Assembly: GCA_950097015.1 (NCBI GenBank) | Contig: CATNEN010000003.1 | Coordinates: forward strand, 8,184,001-8,248,000 | Direction: 5' to 3' | DNA from: Macrostomum hystrix | Taxonomy: Eukaryota; Animalia; Platyhelminthes | Length of the DNA: 64,000 nucleotides | Shown: positions 24,422 to 44,700 of the stretch, piece by piece | How positions within the stretch are numbered: the stretch's first letter is position 1 | Layout of the letters: each line of letters begins with the position of its first letter | Position numbers and translations under genes: made by a program | Notes under the pieces: generated by a model | Told to the model about the DNA's origin: nothing | Database searches by the model: none | The model's input: the letters and a program-made list of their open reading frames with translations, nothing else

Positions 24422-25879
24422 CGTCAACAACACGACCGTCAGTGAGCTTCACAAAACGCATTTTGAGAATCGGCGGGTCAAGCAACCGCAAATTCATGGA
24501 GCTCAAAGCAGAAGTTTATGCTACAATGGTGCTAATTTCATTGATATCATATTAATAGTCTCTTCCGTCCTAACTTGTTACTTCTTGAAATCTCGACCGC
24601 TATTTGGTGCAGTGACGCAGATAGGCAAATAACTGATGACTGATAAGACTATCGGTTGACGCGGTCAGACAAGATAAGAGGAGGTGGGGTAAGAAAAGAC
24701 AGAGGGTAAGAAAATATGGCTGCAGGGGTGAGAGATCGACCAATCAGAAGTCGGGACAGAGAAGAGAGATAATAATTAGGGCAAGAGAGCCAGAAGAGCT
24801 TATTTGTTAACCGTAAAAACACAATAAGGTATTTCGAATGTCCAATTTTTTCTGATCTTTTCAAATATTCAACCAATAATGTTAAAAATCCAGAACATGT
24901 ACTAAAATGTTCCGCTCTATCCAATGAGACAACTTTCAGAATTACACATCGGCATCGTCGATGTTATCTGTAGGGTGGACTGTCACATGAAAATCGGTAA
25001 ATTGGTTTGAAAGCTATACGTGAAGTAGGCAGTAGGTATTTGAAATACCGATTGGGGTTCGAATTTCAAAAATCACAAACAGCTGACGCACAATAAAGTA
25101 AATAAACTAAACAGTTAATTTTTAATTACTAAGATTAAGTAGCATAATAACTTAGTCTATTTCTGCAATTGTGATTATAAAAGAAAACTACTTAAAGTAG
25201 CTAGTTATCCGACAATAACAATCTATTTACTTAGCAATGAGTATGGAAGCATACTCACACAATGTTTAAATACCGCACAGAAACTGTTGAGCCTAAACTA
25301 ATATGGTGCACAGCTGTGAGATTCTACTGAAGTTCGCAGTCCTAATAAAGGGTACATTAAAAAAGACCACGCTAACTACGATTGAATCTGAATAAAAAAA
25401 CACAACAAAATCATTGACAAGCAACAAGCAGAACTTGCGAGCAATATGAAATAAAAAAATAACAAACAAAATAAGAGTCAATTGTAAATGAGCAAAACAG
25501 GATGAAACTAATATGAATGCGACTGTGCAAATACTAGACTAATTAGATTAGTTTGCAAAACACAACAGAATATTTGAGGCACGTAATGCTTTGATTTAGC
25601 TAAATGAAGATGGCATAAGAAGGCCAGTGTCTTGTCACATAATAGAATTCTATTCAGCTCGCCTAGGCTAATGTTCAAAGCTTTTGTGCAAAAAAGTTAA
25701 TCAGTTAATCAGTTAATAAAAAACGTTACTAAACAATTCATAAACTTTGTTTGGTAGTTCGCGTTGCAACTTCCATAAAATAGTTTACCAAAATACAGTG
25801 ATGACTGTCTGGATGACAGAAATTATTAAGCTCTGGACAAAATCTTATTGGGAAATCACGGGATTATCCTCTAAAGAAC

Positions 25880-26490
25880 ATAGGGAATAATCCAGTCAGG
25901 AACTGAGGGATAATCCTGTCAGGAACTGAGGGGATAATCCTGTCAGGAACTGAGTGGAAAATCCTGTCAGGAACTGAGTGGAAAATCCTGTCAGGAACTG
26001 AGGGGAAAATCCTGTCAGGAACTGAGGGGATAATCCTGTCAGAAACTGAGGGGATAATCATGTCAGGAACTGAGTGGAAAATCCTGTCAGGAACTGAGTG
26101 GAAAATCCTGTCAGGAACTGAGGGGAAAATCCTGTCAGGAACTGAGGGGAAAATCCTGTCAGGAACTGAGGGGAAAATCCTGTCAGGAACTGAGGGGAAA
26201 ATCCTGTCAGGAACTGAGGGGATAATCCTGTCAGGAACTGAGGGGAAAATTCTGTCAGGAACTGAGGGGAAAATCCTGTCAGGAACTGAGGGGATAATCC
26301 TGTCAGGAACTGAGGGGAAAATTCTGTCAGGAACTGAGGGGAAAATCCTGTCAGGAACTGAGGGGATAATACTGTCAGGAACTGAGGGATAATACTGTCA
26401 GGAACTGAGGGGATAATCCTGTTAGGAACTCAGGGGAAATTCCTGTTAGGAACTGAGAGAATAATCCACTTGGGAACTGAGGGGATAATC
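25880..26490. repeat. 24-bp minisatellite (tcctgtcaggaactgaggggaaaa)n
   Basis: Directly visible. Confidence 0.93.
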
Positions 26491-26874
26491 CGGGCAAAGG
26501 AACGTGAGTACGCGAATAGGCGATATCATGATAAAGCAGTGCATTAAAGTGCATGTTAAAAACAGATATCAGCTGACGTAGGAGATAAAAACGACCCAGA
26601 ATTAAAAAACGCAAAAATAGAGACTAAAAATTACTTTATCAGAAAAAAAACGGAAAAATTGAACGACAAAATTAAAGGCGTGGGTCAACAATTTTTGAGG
26701 TTGAGGTGGTTAAGCCAGAATTTCTTTGCTCAAATAGGAGTTACTGCAGCTATACAATTAAAAATTTACAATTTAAAACGAAAATATTAATTAAAGAAAG
26801 CAGAACTATAATGAAACAATATTTAGGAAAAATATATTAAAACGAAGTATATTGGTTGTTTTAGCTAATTACCG

Positions 26875-27280
26875 ATTAGGGAATAGATTAGCAATCCATT
26901 CTTATTATCGATAACAGGGAATAGATTAGCAATCCATTCTAATTATCGATAACAGGGAATAGATTAGCAATCCATTCTAATTATCGATAACAGGGAATAG
27001 ATTAGCAATCCATTCTTATTATCGATAACAGGGAATAGATTAGCAATCCATTCTTATTATCGATAACAGGGAATAGATTAGCAATCCATTCTAATTATCG
27101 ATAACAGGGAATAGATTAGCAATCCATTCTTGTTATCGATAACAGGGAATAGATTAGCAATCCATTCTAATTATCGATAACAGGGAATAGATTAGCAATC
27201 CATTCTTATTATCGATAACAGGGAATAGATTAGCAATCCATTCTTATTATCGATAACAGGGAATAGATTAGCAATCCAAT
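26875..27280. repeat. 38-bp minisatellite (aacagggaatagattagcaatccattcttattatcgat)n
   Basis: About 10 near-identical copies starting ~110 bp downstream of the PGAM5 stop. Confidence 0.93.
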
Positions 27281-27386
27281 CTGTTCCTACATTCTGAAAA
27301 CTGAGCCCCATTTAAGAAGATTCATAGAATTTACAAAAGACAGACAATTATGAACTAGTTTTTCCCAGTCAGTCTCAAAGCGGAGG

Positions 27387-30300
27387 TCACAGGTAGGTAC
27401 ACTTGTCCGCCGGTATGTGACCAGAATTGCCGACATATCTGACAGCCACCCTGCCGCTGGGCCTAATAGTGACCCAAGTGATCGATGCGTGATCCAGACT
27501 AAATCTGAGCCAAGCCTCTGGCGGTAATTGCAGCGCTCGACAGACAAAGTATCTAATGACATTGGCGTGGCAGACAAGCAACTCGTAACTGTCCGATTGT
27601 TGGTCAGGGGCGGCCCGATGGAAAAATCTTCGAAAGGCCGCTTCGATACGCGGACCGTCCTGGGTGAAGGTCTCGGGTCTGCGGGGCCGAAGCATTATAA
27701 GGGAGCAGATAAGATTAGAAATAAATAGCATCTAGCCTAGTTAGGCCAATTAGATAGGTCAATAAAGGGTCAGGTTGAGAATTATAGTTCAATGGGTCGA
27801 TAAAAGGTCACGTTGAGAATACTGGGTCGATAAAAGGTCAGGCTGAGAATACTGGGTCGATAAAAGGTCAGGTTGAGAATACTGGGTCGATAAAAGGTCA
27901 GGTTGAGAATACTGGGTCGATAAAAGGTCAGGTTGAGAATACTGGGTCGGTAAAAGGTCAGGTTGAGAATCGTGGGTCAATAAAAGGTCAGGTTGAGAAT
28001 CCCGGGTTAATAAAAGGCCAGGTTGAGAATCCTGGGTCATGGGTCTATAAAGGGTCAGGTTGGGTCATTCGATGGGTCAGTCGATCCAGAAGAATGGGTC
28101 ACACTCACGTGGGCTGATAATTGGCAGCTGGCGGCTCAGGCGGCACAGGCGCGCCCTCTTCTAGCAGCCGGCAGGCTTCAACATCCAGACCCTGCGGCAG
28201 ATGACGGAGTATGGCCTCGGCTGTCTCTCGAGCTCTGGTCATGGTTGAGTAGCGGACCGCCCGGAAGCGGACGTTCAACTCACGCAATCGCTGACCAGTT
28301 AGGCTGGCCTGCTCGCGACCGAGTGCTGTTAGGCACTCCTGGGATTTTTAGGAATGTGTGGGATAAGAATTTAGCAGAAAGGGATTTACTGAGACAGGAA
28401 ATTTTTTTACAAAATAAGATAATGATGGAGATTATCTTACTTGCAAGAATTTGAAGTACATCTGATATCAACGAGAGGATTTGGGAAGGGATTGATATCA
28501 ACAAGAGGATTTCAGAAGGAACTGATCCCAACAAGAGGATTTGAGAAGGAACTGATCCCAAAAAGAGGATTTGAGAAGGAACTGATTCCAACAAGAGGAT
28601 TTGGGAAAGAACTGATTCCAACAAGAGGATTTCGGAAGGAACTGATCCCAACAAGAGGATTTGAGAAGGAACTGATCCCAAAAAGAGGATTTGAGAAGGA
28701 ACTGATTCCAACAAGAGGATTTGGGAAAGAACCGATTCCAACAAGAGGATTTGGGAAGGAACTGATCCCAACAAGAGGATTTGGGAAAGAACTGATTCCA
28801 ACAAGAGGATTTGAGAAGGAACTGATCCCAACAAGAGGATTTGAGAAGGAACTGATCCCAACAAGAGGATTTGGGAAGGAACTGATCCCAACAAGAGGAT
28901 TTGAGAAGGAACTGATCCCAACAAGAGGATTTGAGAAGGAACTGATCCCAACAAGAGGATTTGGGAAGGAACTGATCCCAAAAAGAGGATTTGAGAAGGA
29001 ACTGATCCCAACAAGAGGATTTGGGAAGGAACTGATCCCAACAAGAGGATTTGGGAAGGAACTGATCCCAACAAGAGGATTTGGGAAGGAACTGATCCCA
29101 ACAAGAGGATTTGAGAAGGAACTGATCCCAACAAGAGGATTTGGGAAGGAACTGATCCCAAAAAGAGGATTTGAGAAGGAACTGATCCCAACAAGAGGAT
29201 TTGAGAAGGAACTGATCCCAACAAGAGGATTTGGGAAGGAACTGATCCCAAAAAGAGGATTTGAGAAGGAACTGATCCCAACAAGAGGATTTGAGAAGGA
29301 ACTGATCCCAACAAGAGGATTTGGGAAGGAACTGATCCCAACAAGAGGATTTGAGAAGGAACTGATCCCAACAAGAGGATTTGAGAAGGAACTGATCCCA
29401 ACAAGAGGATTTGGGAAGGAACTGATCCCAACAAGAGGATTTGAGAAGGAACTGATCCCAACAAGAGGATTTGAGAAGGAACTGATCCCAACAAGAGGAT
29501 TTGGGAAGGAACTGATCCCAACAAGAGGATTTGGGAAGGAACTGATCCCAAAAAGAGGATATGAGAAGGAACTGATCCCAACAAGAGGATTTAAGAAGGA
29601 ACTGATCCAACAAGAGGATTTCGAATCTCATGACATTTAATGATCCCAACCTGAAAATCCCATGACTGTTACTGATCCCAACCTGAAAATCCAATGACTG
29701 TTACTGATCCCAACCTGAAAATCCCATGACTGTTACTGATCCCAACATGATAATCCCATATCAGTTACTGATCCCAACCTGAAAATCCCATGACTGTTTC
29801 TGATCCCAACCTGAAAATCCAATGACTGTTACTGATCCCAACCTGAAAATCCAATGACTGTTACTGATCCCAACCTGAAAATCCAATGACTGTTACTGAT
29901 CCCAACCTGAAAATCCAATGACTGTTACTGATCCCAACATGATAATCCCATATCAGTTACTGATCCCAACCTGAAAATCCCATGACTGTTTCTGATCCCA
30001 AACTGAAGATCCCATGTCAGTTACTGATCCCAACCTGAAAATCCCATATCAGTTACTGATCCCAACCTGAAAATCCCATGACTGTTTCTGATCCCAACCT
30101 GAAAATCCCATGACTGTTACTGATCCCAACCTGAAAATCCCATGACTGTTTCTGATCCCAACCTGAAAATCCCATGACTGTTTCTGATCCCAACCTGAAA
30201 ATCCCATGACTGTTTCTGATCCCAACCTGAAAATCCCATGACTGTTTCTGATCCCAACCTGAAAATCCAATGACTGTTACTGATCCCAACCTGAAAATCC

Positions 30301-30977
30301 CATGACTGTTACTGATCCCAACCTGAAAATCCAATGACTGTTACTGATCCCAACCTGAAAATCCAATGACTGTTACTGATCCCAACCTGAAAATCCAATG
30401 ACTGTTACTGATCCCAACCTGAAAATCCAATGACTGTTACTGATCCCAACCTGAAAATCCAATGACTGTTACTGATCCCAACCTGAAAATCCCATGACTG
30501 TTACTGATCCCAACATGATAATCCCATATCAGTTACTGATCCCAACCTGAAAATCCCATGACTGTTTCTGATCCCAAACTGAAGATCCCATGTCAGTTAC
30601 TGATCCCAACCTGAAAATCCCATGTCAGTTACTGATCCCAATTCTAGGGATGTATTTGTGATGCAGCCAGTCAGTCTCACCTGTTCATACTGAGCGTGCC
30701 GAACCAGCAACAAATGCCTACTAAACCTCGACTGCTCAGCTGAAGGTCCGAGTAGAAATCCTCGCTGCCTGAGCAGGCTGAAGAAGCCGCCAAAGCCGGC
30801 CCCGATGCCGACATCGTCCCAGTTGCTGTTCCACCTGGCTGGCCAGTCCCACAGCAGGCCGAGGCCGCCTCCGATGCGCGAGTTGCCGTCCTCTAGCCGG
30901 CGCTGGCAGTAGCGATACACGCCAAAGGCGGCCGCGGTGCCAAACACAGCGGCGCATTTGCGCAGAACGCTGGCCAT
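27387..30977 (-). CDS. PGAM5: Mitochondrial serine/threonine protein phosphatase PGAM5, ~272 aa, 3 exons (possible extra 21-nt microexon)
   Basis: Exons 30977-30681, 28338-28109 and 27678-27387 (phases 0, 2). Motifs: WNSNWD (WDxNWD), [78 protein letters not shown]. Confidence 0.92.
27755..28060. repeat. 30-bp minisatellite (aaaaggtcaggttgagaatactgggtcgat)n
   Basis: Fills the last PGAM5 intron. Confidence 0.9.
28462..29620. repeat. 30-bp minisatellite (actgatcccaacaagaggatttgagaagga)n
   Basis: About 38 copies in PGAM5 intron 1. Confidence 0.95.
29640..30640. repeat. 32-bp minisatellite (tgatcccaacctgaaaatcccatgactgttac)n
   Basis: About 31 copies in PGAM5 intron 1. Confidence 0.95.
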
Positions 30978-31189
30978 GCGCGTGCGTGAACTTTTAATTA
31001 TTGCAAAAAGTACTTTAGAGCTTTGTTATACAATGTCCTTTCTTTGAAGCTGAATTTTTATGTGACTTGTTGACAAGGCGATCGACACGTCTGCGGAGAA
31101 AAGATACACTTTTTTGATGAATTAACAGAGAAATAATAATTTGTGAGGCTTTTACGATTTCTAATTTGTAAACAAAAACTTTCCTCATA

Positions 31190-31420
31190 AGAATCTTAGA
31201 AAACCCGAAATTTAAGAAAACGGGAATCTTGGAAAACCCGAAATTTAAGAAAACGGGAATCTTGGAAAACCCGACAGTTAAGAAAACGAGAATCTTGGAA
31301 AACCCGAAATTTAGGAAAACGAGAATCTTGGAAAAAACCCGGAAATTTAATAAAACGAGAATCTTGGAAAACCCGAAATTTCAGAAAATATGAATCTTGA
31401 CAAACACGTAATTTTAGAAA
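31190..31420. repeat. 33-bp minisatellite (gaatcttggaaaacccgaaatttaagaaaacgg)n
   Basis: About 6-7 copies upstream of PGAM5. Confidence 0.85.
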
Positions 31421-32124
31421 ATTGTCAGAAAGTAAACTTGAATTTCTTAATATCCCTTCAACTCGGCATTTCTGCTAGTCTAAAAATGAAATAAGTAAAT
31501 AAAGAACATTCGAATGGAGAAGCATTCATTGCATAAAAAATCAATTCAAATATTAGTTTTTATTTGCACATGGAAACACTCAGCTAAAATAGACCCTTTG
31601 TTGCAACAACTCAATTACTGTGTATTGCGAGCTAGTTTTTTTATATTTCCTAGATCTATTTAGGATAGGATTCCTAGAATAACAATGCTTAGAGTCTTAC
31701 ATTTTGGTAGTCAGTAAAATTATCACTTATATATTGAAAAGCTGTAAAAAATTCTATAAATAAACTCACATAAGTTAACCAACAGCTTTTATATTTATTT
31801 ATGAAACCAATAATCAAAAACTGTTTAGCATACGTTGGATTTCTTGTCTAAGCTTGAGTGGCCAAAGTCAATGATAGAAAAAAGGAAAGTGTGTTGGCTT
31901 AGTCAGCTAATAATCAGCTAATTAAGAAAGATTGGGCGTTTTTGGTGACAAAAAAGTTCAGCAAAAACAAATAGGATGCTGCAATACCAGCAAGCAACTG
32001 TGGACTTGACTTGCTTATACAAGCAGAACAGGTGTGTGAACATAAGTCGATCACGGTATTGTACCTTTTTTAATCCGAGTATAAGATCAAATCACAAAAC
32101 TGGCATAGTAAAATTCCCTTAGTC

Positions 32125-33790
32125 ACTCCTAGTCCTAGTCCTAATTGCAGTCCCCAGTCCTGGTCCCAGTTGCAGTCCCCCATTCCTAGTCCCAATTGCA
32201 GTCCCCAGTCCTAGTCCCAATTGCAGTCCTCAGTCCTAGTCCCAATTGCAGTCCTCAGTCCTAGTCCCAATTGGAGACCACCAGTCCTAGTCCCAATTGC
32301 AGTCCCAGTCCTAGTCCCAATTGCAGTCCCCAGTCCTAGTCCCAATTGCAGTCCCCAGTCCTAGTCCCAATTGCAGTCCCCAGTCCTAGTCCCAATTGCA
32401 GTCCCCAGTCCTAGTCCCAATTGCAGTCCCCAGTCCTAGTCCCAATTGCAGTCCCCAGTCCTAGTCCCAATTGCAGTCCCCAGTCCTAGTCCCAATTGCA
32501 GTCCCCAGTCCTAGTCCCAATTGCAGTCCCCAGTCCTAGTCCCAATTGGAGTCCCCAGTCCTAGTCCCAATTGGAGTCCACCAGTACTAGTCCCAATTGC
32601 AGTCCCAGTCCTAGTCCCAATTGCAGTCCCCAGTCCTTGTCCCAATTGGAGTCCCCAGTCCTAGTCCCAATTGGAGTCCCCCAGTCCTAGTCCCAGTTGC
32701 AGTCCGCAGTCCTAGTCCCAATTGCAGTCCCCAGTCCTAGTCCCAATTGGAGTCCCCCAGTACCAGTCCCAATTGCAGTCCCCAGTACTAGTCCCAATTG
32801 CAGTCCACCAGTACTAGTCCCAATTGGAGTCCACCAGTCCTAGTCCCAATTGCAGTCCACCAGTACTAGTCCCAATTGGAGTCCACCAGTCCTAGTCCCA
32901 ATTGCAGTCCCCAGTCCTAGTCCCAGTTGCAGTCCGCAGTCCTAGTCCCAATTGCAGTCCCCAGTCCTAGTCCCAATTGGAGTCCCCCAGTACCAGTCCC
33001 AATTGCAGTCCCCAGTCCTAGTCCCAATTGCAGTCCACCAGTACTAGTCCCAATTGCAGTCCACCAGTACTAGTCCCAATTGGAGTCCACCAGTCCTAGT
33101 CCCAATTGCAGTCCACCAGTACTAGTCCCAGTTGCAGTCCGCAGTCCTAGTCCCAATTGCAGTCCCCAGTCCTAGTCCCAATTGGAGTCCCCCAGTACCA
33201 GTCCCAATTGCAGTCCCCAGTACTAGTCCCAATTGCAGTCCACCAGTACTAGTCCCAATTGGAGTCCACCAGTCCTAGTCCCAATTGCAGTCCACCAGTA
33301 CTAGTCCCAATTGGAGTCCACCAGTCCTAGTCCCAATTGCAGTCCACCAGTACTAGTCCCAATTGGAGTCCACCAGTCCTAGTCCCAATTGCAGTCCCCA
33401 GTCCTAGTCCCAGTTGCAGTCCGCAGTCCTAGTCCCAATTGCAGTCCCCAGTCCTAGTCCCAATTGGAGTCCCCCAGTACCAGTCCCAATTGCAGTCCCC
33501 AGTCCTAGTCCCAATTGCAGTCCACCAGTACTAGTCCCAATTGCAGTCCCCAGTCCTAGTCCCAGTTGCAGTCCCCAGTCCTAGTCCCAGTTGCAGTCCC
33601 CAGTCCTAGTCCCAGTTGCAGTCCACCAGTACTAGTCCCAATTGCAGTCCCCAGTCCTAGTCCCAGTTGCAGTCCCCAGTCCTAGTCCCAGTTGCAGTCC
33701 CCAGTCCTAGTCCCAGTTGCAGTCCCCAGTCCTAGTCCCAGTTGCAGTCCCCAGTACTAGTCCCACTCTCCAAGTCCTAGTCCCAGTCCA
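32125..33790. repeat. 25-bp minisatellite (cagtcctagtcccaattgcagtccc)n
   Basis: About 65 copies starting ~40 bp after the USP stop codon. Confidence 0.95.
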
Positions 33791-33828
33791 AAAACTGATA
33801 GTCCATGAGGTTCACAGAATCAAACAGC

Positions 33829-41757
<7,929 letters not shown>

Positions 41758-44700
41758 GTCCACACTTCTATCAACTTTGCCCAGTGTCCAATTAATGTGT
41801 TTAACAAGTAGCTAATAAAATTCTGAAATTGTAATAGCAATGTAATAGCGATTAAGCTAAAGACCTGATTTTAAAAAATGGTAGTTAAAACTTAAAGTTT
41901 GATAAAATTAGTTAGCTATTATTTTATTTAAAGTACTACAAAAATCTATTGGCATATAATAAATCAGTAGAATAAATTAATACAAAAATAAAATAAATGC
42001 TAACTAAAATACTAAATCAGACTAACTTATGAAACTTCAGGCTAGACTTAACTAATAGGTTAGATTTGCTATGTAAGTAATGCAAAAACTAAAAGGAAAG
42101 TATGCCTCCTATTTTCAGGTAGCAGGTAGATGTGTAAAGTTACTCAATAGTAAATAAAGCGCTTTGTTAGGTATGGATCAAATTTTTATTTTTATTTTCT
42201 GAATTTATTGCCTAATTGTAATAAAAAAGGAATATTAAATTTTTAAATACTTAACAAAAAGTTCTAGATTTTGAAAATCTGTTACAAGTCAAAACTAGTT
42301 ACAATTTTCAAGCTAAAAAAACTATTTACTTGTAGTTTCTAATAAACTCATTTTTCTTTGATTTATTTACTAGTTTTATTGGCTCATCAAAATATGCTGG
42401 TAATTGTGCCAATTATCCTACAGTACACTATTATCCCCATCTGTTGCCTAACATCCAAGAAACTTTCTTGCACCTTACCTTGAGAAATACTGATACCTTT
42501 ACCTTGTACCTTGAGAAATACCGAATAGTTTGTGAAAGAAAATGGTGCTCCTCAAGCGAAGGCCAATCCCACAGAGCAAGGCATTAAGAGGAGGCAGCCA
42601 GAGCACAAGAAGCCACTCAAATTGCTGGATTGTTAGACAGTGAGCTAAGCACCAAAAAAGGATTAAATGGTCTGTCCTTGACAGGAAGAATTTTGACCCG
42701 CATGAGGAAAGTGACCCACTGGAGAATAATACCAAAGAAAGCTTGAAGGACTTTGCAGCTTAAGTTGCCTATAATCTCAGGCACCTGCCAGCAGGGGCAC
42801 AGCTGTCTAACAAATGCAAGAGTCAAGCCCAAGGCTTGCACCAGACAATCAGCCTTGAGAAAGGGCTAGCCCTCAGGGCATTCAATTGGACAGGCCACCT
42901 GCCAGATCACCGCAAGGCTAGACCTCTAGGCTACCAAGACCAACAGCCAAGGTCCATAGGCCGACAGTGTTACAACAGCAACTACCACCACCGCTGCCTA
43001 GACCACCACAGCAGGAGAAGTCAGTGCAGCAGCCAAAGCTGCAGTTGGCAATGTACCAACTAGGGCCCCACCAACCACTGGTGCCTTGGCTGCAATTATC
43101 CTTGACACAAGAGGACAACGCCTCCACAGCCTATAGCCAAATACCCTAAAGTTGTCAAGTAAGTGGTCAAGGCTCAGCATAAGTTGACATAATATCTGCT
43201 CAAGATCGTTTTTCTTCGCCACAACTAGCCACTGCCGCAGCAGGCCCATGTCTGGCCTTCAATGCACAGAGCAATTGACACGGCCAGGGCCATCACACCT
43301 ATGGAGACAGTTACTACCAGACTACAAGGAGAATTGAACTCAGGCAAGAGACAAAACTTCAAAACACTACTAAATATAGCCTTTTGCTGAATTTTAATTC
43401 AGTTACGCTGCGTTCACAATGAAGAACAGCTGCCTCAATTTGAATTTGAAGGACTGATGAACAATTTATACAAATAGGGCCTGTTGTTATATTTGATAGT
43501 TATATTTTCTGTGTTCATATTTTTCTAATGTCTATTTTTCTGCTTGTGTTTTGTGAATTTGCCTTGTGTGTTTTCTGTCTGGTGTGGCTTTGCTTATTCT
43601 CACAAATACTTATTTTGTCTGTGTTCTTTGTGCTACATTTTTTATTTTTTGTATCTTGCTGCATCTGCTTACATTTTTGACAATCAACTCTTGCTGCATA
43701 TGCTTATTTTACTTTGTGCTAATAATCCCTCAATTAAATATTTGGTATTATTAATATTAGTAAGATATACTTATGTTCAGTTGCCTAAATATATGGTAAA
43801 ACAGACTAACAAAGCACAGTTTACTTTTTGGTACTGTGTAGGCAAGTGACATTCATGAGCAAAGCAGACAATTTGGCCAACTAGGCCTTAACTGAAATGA
43901 GAAGAAATTAAACACCTTGCTGTCATACTAGTGTGCTAATGGAAAATCTGTAATTTTTTTATGCTCTTTGACTAGGCCTAATTAGAATGGATTTGTGCAT
44001 ACTTTTCAATTTGCATGCAATGATGCCCTGTCATGTATAAGAGAGAGACCACTTGCTAAATCATGATTATGAAGGGTTAGCTAAAGTATAAGCCAACAAT
44101 TCATAGGGCCTAGCCTAATTTGCAATCAGCACTTGATTTGATTGCTGCTAGGCTACAAGATTCCCTAGGATTGGCTTTTATATATTCAAAAAATCAATAG
44201 CCCTAGCCCTAGGCATATGAACATTTTTTCTATGACTATAAAAGTCATACAGGTTAATTTTTTCAGATTGTCTTTATGTAGTCCTATAGTAGACAAATTT
44301 TTACAAATTTGTTTTAAAGACAAGTTAACAGCAGACAAGATAGCAGCAGACACAAAGACCTGAAACCAGCAAATTTTAACTGGCTCACTGTCACAACAGA
44401 CATTTTCATGGTGTAGGCCCCCTAACTGGCACAAAAAGTATGATGTGATTCCAAAAGCATAGGCCTAATAGGCTTGAGCTAGGCACTAGCTAGCAAACTG
44501 CCTACTGCTAGCCAACATGGCTAGTAGCTACTAGCTAGTAGCAATCCTATCTGAAAGTCAGTGATATAGACCAAAAGCTAGTAAGTTTGAAAATGTGCGA
44601 CTTTTCCTATTTTTGTTTAAATTATGTATATTTGTTTTAATGCAAAAATAGTTGTTTTAATACACTGTAAATATTTGTTTAAAACGATACAAAAATTAGT

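Noticed and set aside
26875-27280. CRISPR-like 38-bp repeat with an internal hairpin (also the 37-bp array at 63.4 kb)
   Set aside because: Units are contiguous with no unique spacers, there are no cas genes, and the context is eukaryotic.
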